Source of the DNA: Aulosira sp. ZfuVER01
GTDB lineage: Bacteria > Cyanobacteriota > Cyanobacteriia > Cyanobacteriales > Nostocaceae
Length of the DNA stretch: 64,000 nt
Assembly: GCA_034530615.2 (NCBI GenBank)
Contig: JAVRCV020000023.1
Coordinates: forward strand, 35,173 to 99,172
Direction of reading: 5' to 3'
Position 1 is the first letter of the stretch, and every line of letters begins with the position of its first letter. Both the position numbers and the translations under genes were made by a program. Under the pieces are notes generated by a model. That model was not told the DNA's origin, searched no databases, and was given only the letters and a program-made list of their open reading frames with translations. Below are positions 30,242-39,860 of the stretch, one piece after another.

Positions 30242-31987
30242 CTAGGCACTAATCAGGGTTTTTTGAGTTTCATCTTCATTCTGTTTCTGTAGCACTAGAT
30301 CTAAATTAGAATGAGCTGCTGCTAAGTCTGGCTTCATAGAGATAGATTGCTGATAGTAGGCGATCGCAGTTTTGAAATCGCCTATCTGTTGACACTTAAA
30401 GCCTAAATCGTTGTTCAGCGTTGCGTAATAAGCTTGTTTCTCTGGGGAAAGCTTTCCTTGAGCATAAAGTGCATTGGCTCTATTAACCTCAGCTTCAATG
30501 CAGTCAGGCTGTAGCTCCAGTGCTTTTTGATAGCAGGCGATCGCATCTTCCCATTTACCTTGCTGCTGTAGAGCATAGCCCAGGTTATTGTAAGCAGCGA
30601 TCGCTTCTGGCTGTAGAGCTAAGACTTGATTATAGGCTTCTATGGCTTCTGATAACTGATTTTGAGTTTGATATAAGTTCCCCAAGCTAAATAAAGCCTT
30701 GATAGAATTAGGCTGAAGCTGAAGTAGGTTTTTAAATAGATTTTCGGCAGTTCGGTACTCACCTTTTTGTCTCATCAATACCCCTAGCCCATACAGTGCG
30801 TCTGGGTGATTTGATTGAACTTCCAGAATTTGACGGTATCCCTGCTCGGCTTTGGTGAGTCGGTTTGCTCGATGCTCCTGAATAGTCATCTCAAGCGCTA
30901 AAGGAAGATTTCTGACATCGAGTTGTCGATTGTGGCAATTTTTGTACTGAACTGCTATATGCTTAATGTGGCGCTCTTTAGCACCAAACGAATACTTATA
31001 TTCCTCATTTCCTCTTAAAAAATCGTAAACTTTAAATCCATTTTGAATAGCGTATTGGATCGCGTCAGCGTGGAGGATCAGTCCAGGTGGTAGCTCTGTA
31101 AAGGTTTCGTCGCGACCTGTAATGACAAATAGCATGGATCTTTGAGAAACATCAACAAAGTTTGCGATCGCGCCTAAAGGTTTGTCCCCTTTCCAGAGAA
31201 CCGGAAGATACAGACAGTTATTTTCAAAACAATGACGTAAAATAGACCGAAAGTAATTCATGATTACGTCACAGTTATCCCCTTTTTGCTCTCTCCATCT
31301 GGACTCCCAGAAATTAAGTAGTATCTCAATATGAGATTTCAAATTATCTGCATTAACATGGGTGATATAAAACTCATCAGAGCTTTCAATTTTTCTGAAA
31401 AAACGCCTTATTTTTTGGCGAGTATTGGAACCGACGTAGTTTTGCAGATAGTCATCCCAGTCATCTGGTAATGACACATAAGGGGCAATATAGTTATCTG
31501 TATCTTCTCCTGGATTTTGAAGGCGACGTTGACTAAACTTAAAACTATCTTCGGAGAAACTGCTCAAGAATAGAGACATCCGTATATCTGTTTTGAGAAT
31601 ATTTTTTACCTCAAAACTAGACCATACTAACTGCTGTCGGATATAAGCAGCAAAGCTAGGAATTATCTCCTCTTCATAGCCAGGTAGGCAAATAACTCCC
31701 GTGTAATCTGCCATACTGTTTCCTGCCATGCAGATTTCAGTGTCAAACCCACCTCCATCTTGCTGGTTTAATAAAATTTTCAGAGGTAAAAATGCAACAT
31801 AGAATGAATCTTGGGTATTTGCTTTAGCAGCTAATATAAACCACGGTTCCGCTGACATCTGTAACCATCCAAATAGCCAAATCCAAGATAAAAAGAATTG
31901 AGCTTGAGGATCGGCTTCGTATACAGAATCCCAATTTTCTCTTATTTTCTTAAATGTTGCAAAATTATCAATTATGTCAATTTGCAT
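30242..31987 (-). CDS. CelD/BcsL-like GNAT acyltransferase fused to TPR repeats
   Basis: FFLSWIW, ADY, PPGLILH and YDFLRGNEEYKYSFGA GNAT motifs; C-terminal AYNNLG TPRs. Confidence 0.85.
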   Translation of the reverse strand: MQIDIIDNFATFKKIRENWDSVYEADPQAQFFLSWIWLFGWLQMSAEPWFILAAKANTQDSFYVAFLPLKILLNQQDGGGFDTEICMAGNSMADYTGVICLPGYEEEIIPSFAAYIRQQLVWSSFEVKNILKTDIRMSLFLSSFSEDSFKFSQRRLQNPGEDTDNYIAPYVSLPDDWDDYLQNYVGSNTRQKIRRFFRKIESSDEFYITHVNADNLKSHIEILLNFWESRWREQKGDNCDVIMNYFRSILRHCFENNCLYLPVLWKGDKPLGAIANFVDVSQRSMLFVITGRDETFTELPPGLILHADAIQYAIQNGFKVYDFLRGNEEYKYSFGAKERHIKHIAVQYKNCHNRQLDVRNLPLALEMTIQEHRANRLTKAEQGYRQILEVQSNHPDALYGLGVLMRQKGEYRTAENLFKNLLQLQPNSIKALFSLGNLYQTQNQLSEAIEAYNQVLALQPEAIAAYNNLGYALQQQGKWEDAIACYQKALELQPDCIEAEVNRANALYAQGKLSPEKQAYYATLNNDLGFKCQQIGDFKTAIAYYQQSISMKPDLAAAHSNLDLVLQKQNEDETQKTLISA

Positions 31988-32030
31988 CTCATTTTTGCCT
32001 CACAAATAATCTTTCTATCTGGTGAGACTA

Positions 32031-32351
32031 TTAACGGTTGTTGAGATAAAAAGAAGTTGAACTACTACTACTCCGAGATGAAGCAGTTTGGTTTCCAGTT
32101 CTTGCATACGCTTCAGATCTGGCATTGGCTCTACTATAGTCAAGGCTGTCAGTCTTTCTAACAGTTGTCTCCGTTTGAGCATTAGCATAAGTCGTCTCAC
32201 CTACAGCGACTGCACCTGCATCGGCATCAGCATATCCACGCCCAGTTTTTGTTGATGTAACTGTACCAGCGTAAACGCCGCCCATGATAACACTGCTTTC
32301 AGCAATTGGCTGTAAATAACTTAAGTCAGAGATGATTAAGAAATTTCTCAC
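32031..32351 (-). CDS. Double-glycine leader secreted small protein (beta-rich); GTG start inferred
   Basis: LIISDLSYLQPIAESSVIMGG then VYAGTVT...ADADAGAVAVGETTYA. Confidence 0.75.
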   Translation of the reverse strand: MRNFLIISDLSYLQPIAESSVIMGGVYAGTVTSTKTGRGYADADAGAVAVGETTYANAQTETTVRKTDSLDYSRANARSEAYARTGNQTASSRSSSSSTSFYLNNR

Positions 32352-32389
32352 ACCACCTACCTCAGAATAAGTTTTAAAACAACTAATAT

Positions 32390-32641
32390 TCACTCAACTG
32401 AAGACTTGTTAGAAGAACTAGATGTTGATGAACTGCTGCTAGAGCTAGATGATGATGAGAAACTATTAGAACTAGACCTTGCGTAACTGCTGGAACTATT
32501 ACCAGATGAAACTTTTACAGAAACACTTTGGCTGGTTTCACCTTCAGAATCGCCTGATGTTTCGACTACGCTTTTTGATTCAGCAATAACCTTACCATCG
32601 GGAGCGACTATGCGTTTAATCACCATTTTCTGGTAATTCAT
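32390..32641 (-). CDS. Small Ser-rich protein with poly-Ser tail
   Basis: Paralogue of 29629-29817; no GG leader. Confidence 0.7.
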   Translation of the reverse strand: MNYQKMVIKRIVAPDGKVIAESKSVVETSGDSEGETSQSVSVKVSSGNSSSSYARSSSNSFSSSSSSSSSSSTSSSSNKSSVE

Positions 32642-32672
32642 AATTTGAATCTCGATTTTTATTGATGATTAA

Positions 32673-32981
32673 CTAACTCTTAACGCTTGCAAAAGCCGCA
32701 GTATATTCATTACCATTGATACGCCCTTTTGCCCCCCCAAACTTTTCTTTTCCATCTTTACTAGAAATTCTATATCCGCGAATTTCACCATTTTCATTGC
32801 TGAATTCTTCAACTAAGTATTCTGCTTGCTCTGTCTGATTTTTTTTAACAAATCCTGGAATATTGGTTGTTAACAGTCCCAAGATGTCATCGTGCTTTTC
32901 TTCAGCAGTTAAACCGCCTTTAACTTGATTACCACTCACTGCTTCACAAAAGCTGAGGTCGCTAATTTGTAATCCAAGCAT
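32673..32981 (-). CDS. Double-glycine leader secreted small protein
   Basis: MLGLQISDLSFCEAVSGNQVKGG then LTAEE. Confidence 0.75.
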   Translation of the reverse strand: MLGLQISDLSFCEAVSGNQVKGGLTAEEKHDDILGLLTTNIPGFVKKNQTEQAEYLVEEFSNENGEIRGYRISSKDGKEKFGGAKGRINGNEYTAAFASVKS

Positions 32982-33147
32982 ATCAAAACCTTTTTAAATC
33001 TGGTAAAAGCTGAAAGCTTAAAAAAGCTTTCAGCAATTTGTCTAATTTTTTGGAGGAGTTTGTACAATTTTCAGATCTTTATTGACGAGGTGAAAATTGT
33101 ACAAATAATCTTCTTCAAAAAATCCTAGAGAAAGGTACCTAACTTAA

Positions 33148-33435
33148 TTATCTGACAGCACTGGTGCTTGTAGCTGTGGAACCAGAGTATTTGTTTTCTA
33201 TTGCATAAGTAACCGCTTCCGCATCCGAGAAGGTGTCTTTGCCATATGCACTGGCATCAGCATATCCTTGGGCTACATTGCCTTTAACATCAGCCTTGGA
33301 ATCAATTTTGCTATCAACATCAATATCGATTTTGATGTCTTTGTCGAATTTAATGTTTTTACCACCACGACTGCTACCACCACCAAAAATTTCTTCGTTA
33401 GTAGATTCTAAGTAGTTTAGATCGTTGATAATCAT
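33148..33435 (-). CDS. Double-glycine leader secreted small protein (beta-rich)
   Basis: MIINDLNYLESTNEEIFGG then ...KIDIDVDSKID...ADASAYGKDTFSDA; AGGAG RBS. Confidence 0.8.
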   Translation of the reverse strand: MIINDLNYLESTNEEIFGGGSSRGGKNIKFDKDIKIDIDVDSKIDSKADVKGNVAQGYADASAYGKDTFSDAEAVTYAIENKYSGSTATSTSAVR

Positions 33436-33756
33436 TACTTTGCTCCTGAGAATTACTTAATCAGAATTTGGGAATTTTTGCGAGAGCAATTTGCTTTTTT
33501 CTCACATTTATACTTTAAATGATTCACACAAAAAGTCAAGAGCTTTTGCACAACATGGCAATAAGAGTTTTCAATAAAAATTAGTATATTTTCAATTAAT
33601 TGATTAACTAATTTTATCTGATTAATAAAAGCATAAAAATCCGAGCAATGCTTATTTTCTCATTGCTCAGAAAAAATCAAAATATTGTTTTTTATTAATT
33701 TAGCAATGCTTTAATGCATGTTTTCTAAATTAAAAAAATCGAATTTAAACTTAGAT

Positions 33757-34542
33757 TCATGCCTGCTGAAGCAGTTGTTTTTGTGGTTGCAAATTAGTAT
33801 CTAAATATAACTGCATGAGCATTCCCATTCCTTCTACTTGTTGCTTTAACCAATCAGCAAATAATTCCGAAATAATTTTTTCGCGTAATTGCTCATCTAA
33901 TTCTGGTTGAATAATTTCTTCCACCCAAACTAAATACACTCCCTTTGGCGTAGTAATCGGTTTGAGAACCCCAGGTGGAGAACTAGCGAATACAGGCGCA
34001 CCAATCTCTGGGCGAAAATCTTTACGGTATCGAACTCCTTGATATCCATAAGCACGACGAAGTTCTGGCTCTGAGATATATAAACGAGCGATTTCTGGAA
34101 AGGTAATTTCCCTTTCTTCTAGAGCATAAAAAAGTTCCAGAGCTAAGTCCCTATCCTCGAAGGTAACTTCGTAGGTGACAGCAGCATCATAATCTAGTCG
34201 GTTGTCATAAAAGAACTTTCCAACTTGAGCCGCAAATAGATGATTCGCCAACTTTTTAGAAATCAGGCTGTTATAAACTAGTTCTTCAAAATCCTTCACA
34301 GACAGATGATATTTATCTAACCAAGCCCAGGTATCTTTAGCTGTGACAAGTTTTTTATCTAACCTGAGTTTGTCTCCTTCTGACTGTAATTCTGCTTCTG
34401 TCACCTCAATCCCAACTTCCTGAGCCGCTTCGTTAATAATTTTTTGAGACGTAATAGTTTTTATAACATCAGGAATCTGACAAGATAGCTTGAGGCTGTG
34501 TATCAAATCTGAACTAGAGATGGTCGGATGCTCGAACATCAT
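33757..34542 (-). CDS. SurA/PpiC-like peptidyl-prolyl isomerase of PCAT clusters
   Basis: ELQSEGDKLR, LALELFYAL..EITF..IARLY, RPEIGAPVF, KPI..KG.YL pattern. Confidence 0.8.
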   Translation of the reverse strand: MMFEHPTISSSDLIHSLKLSCQIPDVIKTITSQKIINEAAQEVGIEVTEAELQSEGDKLRLDKKLVTAKDTWAWLDKYHLSVKDFEELVYNSLISKKLANHLFAAQVGKFFYDNRLDYDAAVTYEVTFEDRDLALELFYALEEREITFPEIARLYISEPELRRAYGYQGVRYRKDFRPEIGAPVFASSPPGVLKPITTPKGVYLVWVEEIIQPELDEQLREKIISELFADWLKQQVEGMGMLMQLYLDTNLQPQKQLLQQA

Positions 34543-34962
34543 GGGACAAATTCCTGAGAGAAAATTGTTTTAAGTCTTTTCGGAAATTATTTTGTAATGG
34601 AATTATTCTTCTTAATTCAACTATTCATTAAAACCGCATTTCAAAGCGGGGTCTAGGTCACTTTGGTAGTAACAATGGTTCTAAAAACAAAATTTTTGAT
34701 TTCTGGGCAACGGTATATACACAACTCCTATCGCCCACAGGCTTTGTTATAACCGCATCATTCTATGGTGACGGCAGTACGGCATAATGAAGAGTCTGAG
34801 CGCATAGATGCGAAGGGGTTTGTCGTAGACATCGCCTACTCTTCCACCACTTTTATTAAACCTTCAATCGATAGATATACCAAAAGTACGGGCTATTTCA
34901 GGTTCTTATTTAGGTACTATATTTCTGAAATGAGCAAACCTAGCATTTAAAGATTTAGGTCA

Positions 34963-35223
34963 ATGGTAAATCAGAACCAAAACTTGAGGATAAAAATCAC
35001 TGGAGCCATTTTTGCTGCTCTTAACTTAGCGATTATTTCCTTAGGATTAAGTAGCTGCGGCGTTGAAGTACAGAATCCACTGAATCAAACTGAGCAACAA
35101 AAAGAACAGTACAAAAATCAACCTAGTCAAAAGCCTCAGCAGGTTAAGCAGAATGACGAAGATGACGACGACAAAAAAGATGACGACGACAAAGATGACA
35201 AAGACGATGACGATAAAGATTAA
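34963..35223 (+). CDS. Small lipoprotein with acidic D/K tail
   Basis: Lipobox LSSC; C-terminal DDDDKKDDDDKD. Confidence 0.7.
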   Translation: MVNQNQNLRIKITGAIFAALNLAIISLGLSSCGVEVQNPLNQTEQQKEQYKNQPSQKPQQVKQNDEDDDDKKDDDDKDDKDDDDKD

Positions 35224-35248
35224 ATAAAAGCGTTTGAGTTTCTATATT

Positions 35249-36634
35249 ATGGTTATCCACAACGCCTCTAGTTCTCTGGTTGATATCCTACGCCAACGGC
35301 GGCAACGACTGGCTCAACTAATTGATTTTCCCGCAATTCTTTGGTCGGGAAGCAGCAGTCCGCGCAACTTTCTCGCCAATGCCTATCCATTTCGCGCTAA
35401 TAGCCATTTTCTCTATTTCGCCGGAATACCTTTGCCCAACGCCGCTATTCGCTTAGAAGCTGGGAAGCTAGAACTCTTCATGGACGATCCTCAACCCAGT
35501 AGCGCCCTATGGCATGGCGAAATGCCCAAACGTGAGGAAATCGCCCAAATCATTGGGGCAGATGCAGCTAAACCAATGGCAGAATTAGAGTCTGCGATCG
35601 CAGATGCAGCGACAATTGCCGTGCAGGATGCGGCTACTTGGACGAACCAATCACAGCTATTAAATAGATGGGTTTTACCACAAAATCCACCCCAAGGAAT
35701 TGATTTAGAGTTAGCCAAGGCAGTTGTTAGCCTACGCCTTACCCATGATGAAGGGGCGTTAACTGAGTTGTGCAAGGCCGCGGCTGTAAGTGTAAAAGCA
35801 CATAAAGCTGGTATGGCAGCAACACCCACAGCTAAACGAGAAGCAGAAGTTCGTGGGGCGATGGAAGGAGTAATCATCGCTCATAACATGACTACTTCTT
35901 ACAACAGTATTGTTACTGTCCACGGCGAAGTTTTGCACAACGAACATTATCACCATCCACTGCAACCAGGTGACTTGCTATTAGCTGATGTTGGTGCTGA
36001 AACGGATATGGGGTGGGCAGCAGATATTACCCGTACTTGGCCTGTTTCCGGTAAGTTTTCCTCTACCCAAAGAGATATTTATGATGTTGTGCTAGCAGCC
36101 CATGATGCTTGTATTGCCAAAATCAGCCCTGGTGTTGAGTATGGGGAGATTCATCTGTTAGCTGCCAAAGTAATTGCTGAGGGGTTAGTGGATTTAGGAA
36201 TTTTACGAGGAAATGCCCCAGATTTAGTAGAACTAGATGCCCATGCTTTGTTTTTCCCTCACGGTATTGGGCATCTCTTGGGCTTGGATGTTCATGATAT
36301 GGAGGATTTGGGGGATTTAGCAGGATATGAAGAAGGGCGGAAAAGGAGCGATCGCTTTGGCTTAGGCTACCTCCGTTTAAATCGTCCCCTGCGTCCGGGA
36401 ATGCTAGTCACAATTGAGCCTGGGTTTTATCAAGTTCCAGCAATTTTAAATGAGGCTAAACAAAGTTCAAAATATCAGAATATTGTCAATTGGGAGTATT
36501 TATCACAGTTTGCCGATGTACGCGGAATCCGCATTGAAGATGATGTTTTAGTTACAGCAGACGGCAGCGAAGTGTTAACAGCCGCGTTGCCAAATAAAGC
36601 TGATGCTGTAGAACATCTAGTGAAATGGGCATAG
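35249..36634 (+). CDS. pepP: Xaa-Pro aminopeptidase (M24B)
   Basis: DVG, ADITRTWP, HGIGHLLGLDVHD, TIEPG, GIRIEDD. Confidence 0.9.
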   Translation: MVIHNASSSLVDILRQRRQRLAQLIDFPAILWSGSSSPRNFLANAYPFRANSHFLYFAGIPLPNAAIRLEAGKLELFMDDPQPSSALWHGEMPKREEIAQIIGADAAKPMAELESAIADAATIAVQDAATWTNQSQLLNRWVLPQNPPQGIDLELAKAVVSLRLTHDEGALTELCKAAAVSVKAHKAGMAATPTAKREAEVRGAMEGVIIAHNMTTSYNSIVTVHGEVLHNEHYHHPLQPGDLLLADVGAETDMGWAADITRTWPVSGKFSSTQRDIYDVVLAAHDACIAKISPGVEYGEIHLLAAKVIAEGLVDLGILRGNAPDLVELDAHALFFPHGIGHLLGLDVHDMEDLGDLAGYEEGRKRSDRFGLGYLRLNRPLRPGMLVTIEPGFYQVPAILNEAKQSSKYQNIVNWEYLSQFADVRGIRIEDDVLVTADGSEVLTAALPNKADAVEHLVKWA

Positions 36635-36840
36635 AGCATTTGTCATTAGTTATTTCTTCCTCCCCCTGCTTTGTCCTCCTTGTCCCCCTTGTCTTCCTTG
36701 TCCTTTTAATCTTCCTCATCTTCATTCCCCCCAGATATGTATCAGGTTGCTCAAGTCGGTGGGAAAACTACTAAGCTGGTAAATAGCACGTTCAAACTCT
36801 ACCCAAAATTCCTACTGGCTTACTATCTGTAATCGAAATT

Positions 36841-38298
36841 ATGTTTGATGCATTAGCTGACCGTTTAGAATCTGCCTGGAAGAAACTACGGGGGCAGGAT
36901 AAAATTTCTCAATCCAACATTCAAGACGCTTTGCGGGAAGTTCGCCGCGCTTTGTTGGAAGCAGATGTCAACCTCCAGGTAGTCAAAGATTTTATTACCG
37001 AAGTCGAAGCCAAGGCACAGGGATCTGAGGTGATCGCTGGCGTGCGACCTGACCAACAGTTCATCAAAATTGTTTACGATGAACTGGTGCAGGTGATGGG
37101 GGAGGAAAATGTTCCCCTGGCAGAAGTTCAGGGAGAACCTACCATTGTGCTGATGGCTGGTTTGCAAGGTACTGGTAAAACCACTGCTACTGCTAAGTTA
37201 GCTTTACATCTACGCAAATTAGACCGCAGCTGCTTGTTAGTAGCAACAGACGTATATCGCCCAGCCGCGATCGATCAGTTGATAACTTTAGGTAAGCAAA
37301 TTGACGTACCAGTATTTGAACTGGGAAGCGACGCCAACCCAGTAGAAATTGCTCGCCAAGGTGTAGAACGGGCTAGGGCAGAAGGCGTAAATACCGTAAT
37401 TATCGATACTGCCGGTCGTCTGCAAATTGACGAAGACATGATGGCAGAACTTGCCCAAATTAAAGCCACAGTTCAGCCTCACGAAACCTTACTAGTTGTG
37501 GACTCCATGACTGGTCAAGAAGCAGCGAATCTTACCCGTACCTTCCACGAGCAAATCGGGATTACTGGGGCAATTCTCACCAAACTAGATGGTGATAGCC
37601 GTGGTGGTGCTGCACTTTCAGTTAGACAAATCTCCGGTGCGCCAATTAAGTTTGTCGGCGTCGGTGAGAAAGTCGAGGCGCTGCAACCATTTTACCCAGA
37701 CCGGATGGCATCGCGGATTTTGGGTATGGGCGATGTTCTGACCTTGGTGGAAAAAGCCCAGGAAGAAATTGACTTGGCAGATGCCGAGAAAATGCAGGAG
37801 AAAATCCTGTCAGCGAAGTTTGACTTTACCGACTTTCTCAAACAATTGCGCCTGCTGAAGAACATGGGATCGCTGGGAGGCATCATCAAGATGATTCCCG
37901 GAATGAACAAGCTCTCAGATGACCAGCTAAAGCATGGAGAAACCCAGCTAAAACGCTGTGAGGCCATGATTAACTCCATGACCCGCCAAGAACGCCACGA
38001 CCCCGATCTATTAGCGAGTTCTCCTAGCAGACGGCGACGGATTGCTACTGGCTCTGGCTATAAAGAGTCCGACGTGAGTAAATTAGTGGCTGATTTCCAG
38101 AAAATGCGATCGCTCATGCAGCAAATGGGTCAAGGTCAATTTGGGGGGATGCCCGGAATGTTCGGTGGTGGTATGGGCAACGCCCTTGCCGGAGCAGGTA
38201 ATCGTCCCGCCGCCCCTGGATGGCGCGGTTACACTGGCAACCCAGCCGCGAAAAAGAAAAAGAAGGAGAAAAAAAAGAAAGGTTTCGGGAATCTTTAG
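36841..38298 (+). CDS. ffh: Signal recognition particle protein
   Basis: GLQGTGKTT, DTAGR, TKLDGDSRGG, M domain. Confidence 0.98.
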   Translation: MFDALADRLESAWKKLRGQDKISQSNIQDALREVRRALLEADVNLQVVKDFITEVEAKAQGSEVIAGVRPDQQFIKIVYDELVQVMGEENVPLAEVQGEPTIVLMAGLQGTGKTTATAKLALHLRKLDRSCLLVATDVYRPAAIDQLITLGKQIDVPVFELGSDANPVEIARQGVERARAEGVNTVIIDTAGRLQIDEDMMAELAQIKATVQPHETLLVVDSMTGQEAANLTRTFHEQIGITGAILTKLDGDSRGGAALSVRQISGAPIKFVGVGEKVEALQPFYPDRMASRILGMGDVLTLVEKAQEEIDLADAEKMQEKILSAKFDFTDFLKQLRLLKNMGSLGGIIKMIPGMNKLSDDQLKHGETQLKRCEAMINSMTRQERHDPDLLASSPSRRRRIATGSGYKESDVSKLVADFQKMRSLMQQMGQGQFGGMPGMFGGGMGNALAGAGNRPAAPGWRGYTGNPAAKKKKKEKKKKGFGNL

Positions 38299-38533
38299 GC
38301 AAGAGTCAAGGGTCAAGGTTAATTACTCTGGACTTTGGACTCTTGACATTAGACTAATAGCAATTCATGCCCAGGAAGTGCTAAAATTAGCATTCCAAGA
38401 TGGAAAATTGTGCCTAAAAGAAGTTAAGCCTTAATTTCTGGGCAACAGCCAGAGTCAAGTAGCTATAAATAAAAAAGTCTTTTGACTTTTGACTTCAACC
38501 AATATCTACAAACAGGAGAACGATTCTTCAACC

Positions 38534-38797
38534 ATGATCAAACTGCGCTTGAAGCGATACGGTAAAAAGCGGGAAGCGAGTTACCGCATCATAGCTATTA
38601 ACAGCCTCGCTCGCCGCGATGGTCGTCCCCTAGAAGAACTGGGATTTTATAACCCCAGAACGGATGAAGTACGATTGGACGTTCCCGGAATCGTTAAGCG
38701 ACTGCAACAAGGCGCTCAACCCACTGACACCGTCCGTCGCATCCTCGTAAAAGCTAATGTTTTTGAACAGGTCAGTGCAACAACAGCCGCATCATAG
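38534..38797 (+). CDS. rpsP: 30S ribosomal protein S16
   Basis: [12 protein letters not shown]...[15 protein letters not shown]. Confidence 0.97.
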   Translation: MIKLRLKRYGKKREASYRIIAINSLARRDGRPLEELGFYNPRTDEVRLDVPGIVKRLQQGAQPTDTVRRILVKANVFEQVSATTAAS

Positions 38798-39194
38798 TGC
38801 CGGAACACAATCCCCCACAGCCAGCCCCAATTATGAGGGGTTGGTAAGGTTTTTGATACAACCTTTTTTAGAATCTCCAGTGTCTTTAAGCGTCGATTGT
38901 GAAATTTCTCAGAGCCTCCAAAAGGCTTGGATTCGCATCGCCTTTGACAGCGCAGATAAAGGCAAAGTGTTTGGTCGGGGAGGACGCAATATTCAGGCGA
39001 TTCGCACGGTAATTGCCGCAGCGGCCGAAGTTGCTGGACAATCAGTATATCTGGATATCTATGGCAGTAGCGCCTCACGAGAAGGCGCGTCTTTTGATGA
39101 AGATCGGGAAGAGCGATTACCCCCACCAAAATCAAGAGAAAGACGTGGAAACGGAAACACACCCAGGCCGATCGCTAAACCCCGCACCCGTTAG
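38757..39194 (+). CDS. khpA: KH domain RNA-binding protein
   Basis: [19 protein letters not shown]; follows rpsP. Confidence 0.85.
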   Translation: MFLNRSVQQQPHHSAGTQSPTASPNYEGLVRFLIQPFLESPVSLSVDCEISQSLQKAWIRIAFDSADKGKVFGRGGRNIQAIRTVIAAAAEVAGQSVYLDIYGSSASREGASFDEDREERLPPPKSRERRGNGNTPRPIAKPRTR

Positions 39195-39438
39195 GTTGAA
39201 ACTTTAGAACTAGTCTGGGCGGTTTCTATTCCGCTCAGACATTCTAGTAAATAGGAATGGTTAAAAACCGACCAAATTTGCTACTCTGGCATCAGTGGCG
39301 TTAGGCATCAAGTCACTATAAAATGCTCAAAATCCTTTTGAAGATTGAACAGATGGGTGTTTTTCATCAGGAGTGCTTGTAGTTAGGGATAATCATATAT
39401 AACTCTGAACAATCTCTTGCAGGAGGTGAAACCAGGGA

Positions 39439-39615
39439 GTGGCCGAAATTCGTTTAGGTGAGAACGAGTCTATTGACTCGGCTCTGAGACGTTTTAAGAA
39501 AAAAATTCAAAAAGCTGGAATTTTGTCCGAAGTCAAACGCCGGGAAAGGTACGAAAAGCCTAGTTTACGGCGCAAGCGCAAAGAGGAAGCCGCACGCAAA
39601 GGTGTCCGCTACTAA
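39439..39615 (+). CDS. rpsU: 30S ribosomal protein S21 (58 aa, below ORF-track cutoff)
   Basis: GTG start after [54 protein letters not shown]. Confidence 0.95.
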   Translation: MAEIRLGENESIDSALRRFKKKIQKAGILSEVKRRERYEKPSLRRKRKEEAARKGVRY

Positions 39616-39860
39616 GTCATAGTAGGGTCTTTGGTGAATGTGGTTAACCTACATTAATTGTGCAAGTTCAGGTTTGAAACTATTTTGAGAACAAACCTCA
39701 AGAAAGTAGAGATGTGATTACTCGTGTCTCTACTTTTCCACTTTCAGGGAGATCAGGGAGATAACTTTTGACAAATGACTTCAAAGATGATTCAAAAATA
39801 AAATTTTTACTAGTTTTGCTGAAATCTGATAAATTTTGCTAATAAATTAATCAATACACT

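Noticed and set aside
35491..38434. Several antisense or alternate-frame ORFs inside pepP and ffh
   Set aside because: Shadow ORFs of well-supported genes
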